From assembly GCA_047495785.1 (NCBI GenBank), contig JBLDXI010000009.1, forward strand, positions 434,001-498,000: DNA of 64,000 bases. Reading direction: 5' to 3'. Origin of the DNA: Lepidodermella squamata. Taxonomy: Eukaryota > Animalia > Gastrotricha. A program made the translations under genes and the position numbers. Positions 60,484-64,000 of the stretch are shown here, in pieces. How positions within the stretch are numbered: position 1 is the stretch's first letter; the number at the start of each line of letters is the position of its first letter. The notes beneath the pieces are model-generated. The model was not told the DNA's origin. It worked only from the letters and a program-made list of their open reading frames with translations, and searched no databases.

Positions 60484-63400
60484 GATGCGGCAGCTTAATG
60501 GCACTGTTTTGAGTCGGGCCGGCGCCTAATGATAGTAAGATGATAGGCCGTGTTTTGTCGATGTGCGGCTCCGATTGACGCGTCGCGTTATTTTCAACAC
60601 AAAAATAAGGCCAATTTCGGTTGTTTATTATAAAGTAAATACGCCCGGCTATCCGGCCTCCTTGTTTACAGCAACAACGGCGAAGATCGAGCGAGGACGT
60701 AGAATAATATTGCAATAAACCGGTTGCTTCTCATCCCACCTTTACATTGGTAATATTTCTTTAAAGGAAAAGAGAAGCCAATAAAAAGCTGGTTGCCGCT
60801 AAATCGAGGAAATTGTATAATAGGTGTAATGAGAGTAATCCGAGGCGGTGTAGTGATGTGTCGCTTCGTTACTGTTTTATTAATAAGCGAGCCGTTATCA
60901 GGTTTAAGAAAGACATTGGTGAGGAAGAAACAATTGATTAATCTGTCAAACAAACGGACCGCGATCTCTCTTCGCCATCTGTCTGGTATATGAAACAGCC
61001 TAGTACCGAAATCGGGGCGAATTCAGCGTCGTTAAACAAACTCGCCAGGTACAAGAGGTAAAGCGATATTGTCTTAGAATTCGCACATGCAAATTCTAAG
61101 TAATAATTGGCCCTTGCACTGCAGTAATATTCCGAAAGTTATTTATGTTCGGCGAGCCGGCTATCATCAGGGAAGACACAGTGGCAAGCAATAAAAACAA
61201 TAAATAATAATAACAACAATCGTTCGGTGATGATGACTACCTTCGTGTATTACGCATGCGGTTCGGCCGCCTTGAGAAGGAAAACAAGCGGCGTGAGGAG
61301 CCACGCGCGGCGGTGTTCGGAGTGAGCGCGTGCCTGCTCACGGCGACTCGAGGACTGGCGCGTCGTGTTCTGTCAAAGGGCGGCGCGGAAGTAGCAAGTG
61401 ACGATGAAATTTTTATTAGACCTGTCTAAGAATAAACATGCGGATTCTCTGCAAACATCTCCGGCCGTCTATTGATTGCGCCAGCTCGGCAGGCCAAGAC
61501 GATTTCTGCGGAATAATAAACACGCCCGTATCTCATCAGGCCTGAATTTTAAATCACGTGCACGTACCTTGTTTCGAGAACGGCTGAACGTCCCGCCCGA
61601 GGCACGCAAGCTATTTCATAACAAATTAGTTCACCCAGTGCCTTCTAATTTAAACACAGCATTCTAACGAACGAACGAGTTTTGTGAGCAGACAATTAGG
61701 GAGGATGAGGAAAAACGTGAAAGGAATCATGATGTTTTCCCACCATCAAATGTGGGTTTCTTTACCATCAATTTCACATTTCCTAATAATCTAGAAAATT
61801 CCAATTTATGCCGTCAATTTAGAAACTTCACAACCAAGTTTTCCAACAATTTCAATCAGATGCGAAAATTGCTGGTGAAAAACCGAAATTATTAGTGGAA
61901 AAATATACACCAGGATTCCTTGCAAGTTCCTTCCTCATTTGTTGCTCATGCTGTTCCGGTTGGATCCCCCTTTACTTGAAACCAAATCTGTATTCACCGT
62001 TATTATCTCTGTCTTTCTCTTTTCTCCAACGATGAAAATTGCATATCATAATGCCTGCTTTTTTCAGCTGTTGCACCAGCATTCCATATACTTTACAGTC
62101 ATTTTTAACTCCGGCGAAACCTGCCACTAGAAGGTGAACAACACGCCAGCTGTCTGCATTCTCCTCTCTCTCGCTCGCAGCTAGTACTGCATTAATGAAT
62201 TATTCAACTAACGACAACACGGCAGCACGATGTATCTTAAAGCAGCGGTGACGGCTAATCGATTTTCCAGGGTCAAAGTTCGCGCTAACATTTTTTCAAC
62301 CCGAGATAAAACAACGGAAGAACATATTTCAGCATGAAAATTCTTTTATTTTCTTTAAAAATTGAACAAACATATGCCGTCGTCTTCCAACGGCCTTCAT
62401 CCACCTTCATCAAGGCTGTACATATATTTACCACCAACCGCCATCCCAGCAAAAATAGCGATCAGAATAGAGAGTCAATCGAACAAAAATGCAGAATATA
62501 ATAAGACATAAATCGGTAAAGAAATAGGGTCGTAAGAATATAGAGAAGTCGGAAGGAGTTGTTTTTTGTAACGGTTTAATAGCATAATATGACGCAACTG
62601 ATGTAAGCCAGTGCGTTTTGATGCGGCCAGTTGACGGTACGATTCGACACTGCTCATTTTTCATGACCATAATAAATAGACATCTACATATTTCTCAAGC
62701 GAGTGAAAGCCGAGGCGTTTAAATGTTATACAACATACCTATTCATAAACTGTATGTAGCGTAACCCCGGGGAGTCGAAGACCAACAACACATACACGCA
62801 CACCAAAGCACGCACCATTTTTTACAAGAGCCATAACGTCGTGTATTATATACAACGCGCATACATCGAACAGTTAACCTCCCTATTTGCATCATAAATT
62901 TTTTCTATATTTTTTTTCGAAACATAACGGAAGTTTACACAGAGTGAAACGCGCCCCGGCTTGTTCCCGTGGTAGAGACGAGAGAGCAGAGGAAGAATGA
63001 TGCACAAATATATAATCAAAATTTATATCCAAACCAAACATATGGTAACAACAGTTCAATGATAGAAAAGCTATCGCTTTCTAATTTCAAGTGTGGTTTT
63101 ACATTGTAATATTCCGCAAATGAAATAGAAAAGCGGAAAGGCTCGAAAGTTTTGTAGATATATCTTTATAACTTTCACCGTTGGATTGCAAAACTTAGCA
63201 AAGAAGACGAACATAAAATTGCAGCACTCTGCGCAGAGTTGATAAAAAATGAGAGAGATAAATGAAAATTCCACTTTGTTTCAATGGGGGTTTCATCTCC
63301 AGGCCTTCTGAATTCATAAGGGTATCAAAGTTCATAAGAGAATAAATAGAAATAATGAATTTTAATTGAACCATTGGCTTTGAATGGGCCTGTTGTAAAT

Positions 63401-63929
63401 GAGGATATGAAATCGCTCTCGGCAGCATCCGATTGCCATCGAAAAAAGACGGAAGTAAACTTTAGCAGGCCGCAATGAAACTGAAGTTTGAGAAATTTGT
63501 GGCACTGCATTAGCGACCCAATTGAATGATAAGGTAGTTCTTGGCCAAATCATCGAACTGGTTAATTGAAGAACCGATTCACAACATCGTAATAAAGTGC
63601 GCGAATTTGGCAAAAATAATACAGTTATTCAAGTCTACGCCAAGTTTCCTGCTATTCATTTGGATAGTGGTCACAGTTAAGCATTGTGTCAGATCCTTAG
63701 TCGCATGCCAATCAACACGAAATCATGAAATGAGCCGAAGATAAACCCAACAAATCTAATAAATTCTTAATTTGCATCACTCCGGTCTAGGCCTTGCGAT
63801 AAGCGATTATGAATTCTTTCTTTTTCGAGCGGATATCAGACAATCATAGCATTTTACTTGAAAAGAGTCGTCATAGTAAACGTGGGAATTCAGTTATTAC
63901 TTAGTAAGCAGTTACACGGAATGACATAA

Positions 63930-63980
63930 TCAAGTGGCCGTTGGCGGCGGAGGTTGATCGTTATTGCTGTCGGGTCCATT
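63930..63980 (-). CDS. Possible terminal coding exon of a gene extending beyond the window end
   Basis: Strong minus-strand acceptor (ttttttcag at 63981-63989) followed by NGPDSNNDQPPPPTAT*; the downstream sequence looks like UTR or intergenic DNA. Confidence 0.3.
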   Translation of the reverse strand, partial: NGPDSNNDQPPPPTAT

Positions 63981-64000
63981 CTGAAAAAAAGCAGGAGACT

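Overview
Eukaryotic (animal, invertebrate-type) genomic DNA with mostly very short (~50-65 nt) GT-AG introns; the raw ORF track fragments nearly every gene, so gene models were rebuilt by hand from splice sites and phase continuity. Content in order: 3' part of a CCP/EGF/LamG/SEA surface protein (probably GPI-anchored); a Cys-loop ligand-gated ion channel carrying an N-terminal CCP-like+EGF+S/T stalk; a DDX60-like Ski2 helicase; a convergent CD225/dispanin-like protein; a ~24 kb, ~3000-aa RIM-binding protein (SH3-FN3x3-SH3-SH3) ending in CKQQ; two tandem Cys-loop channels each fused to an L-type (ERGIC-53/VIP36-like) lectin domain through a Thr-rich mucin stalk; a repeat-rich spacer with an inverted pair of tRNA-like repeats; two tandem syntaxin-1-like genes; and a ~1620-aa coiled-coil gene. 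The best candidate for an undescribed system is the family of three modular Cys-loop channels with swappable extracellular heads on stalks, a cation-type M2, no acetylcholine aromatic box and almost no M3-M4 loop. All family assignments come from motif recognition, not database searches.
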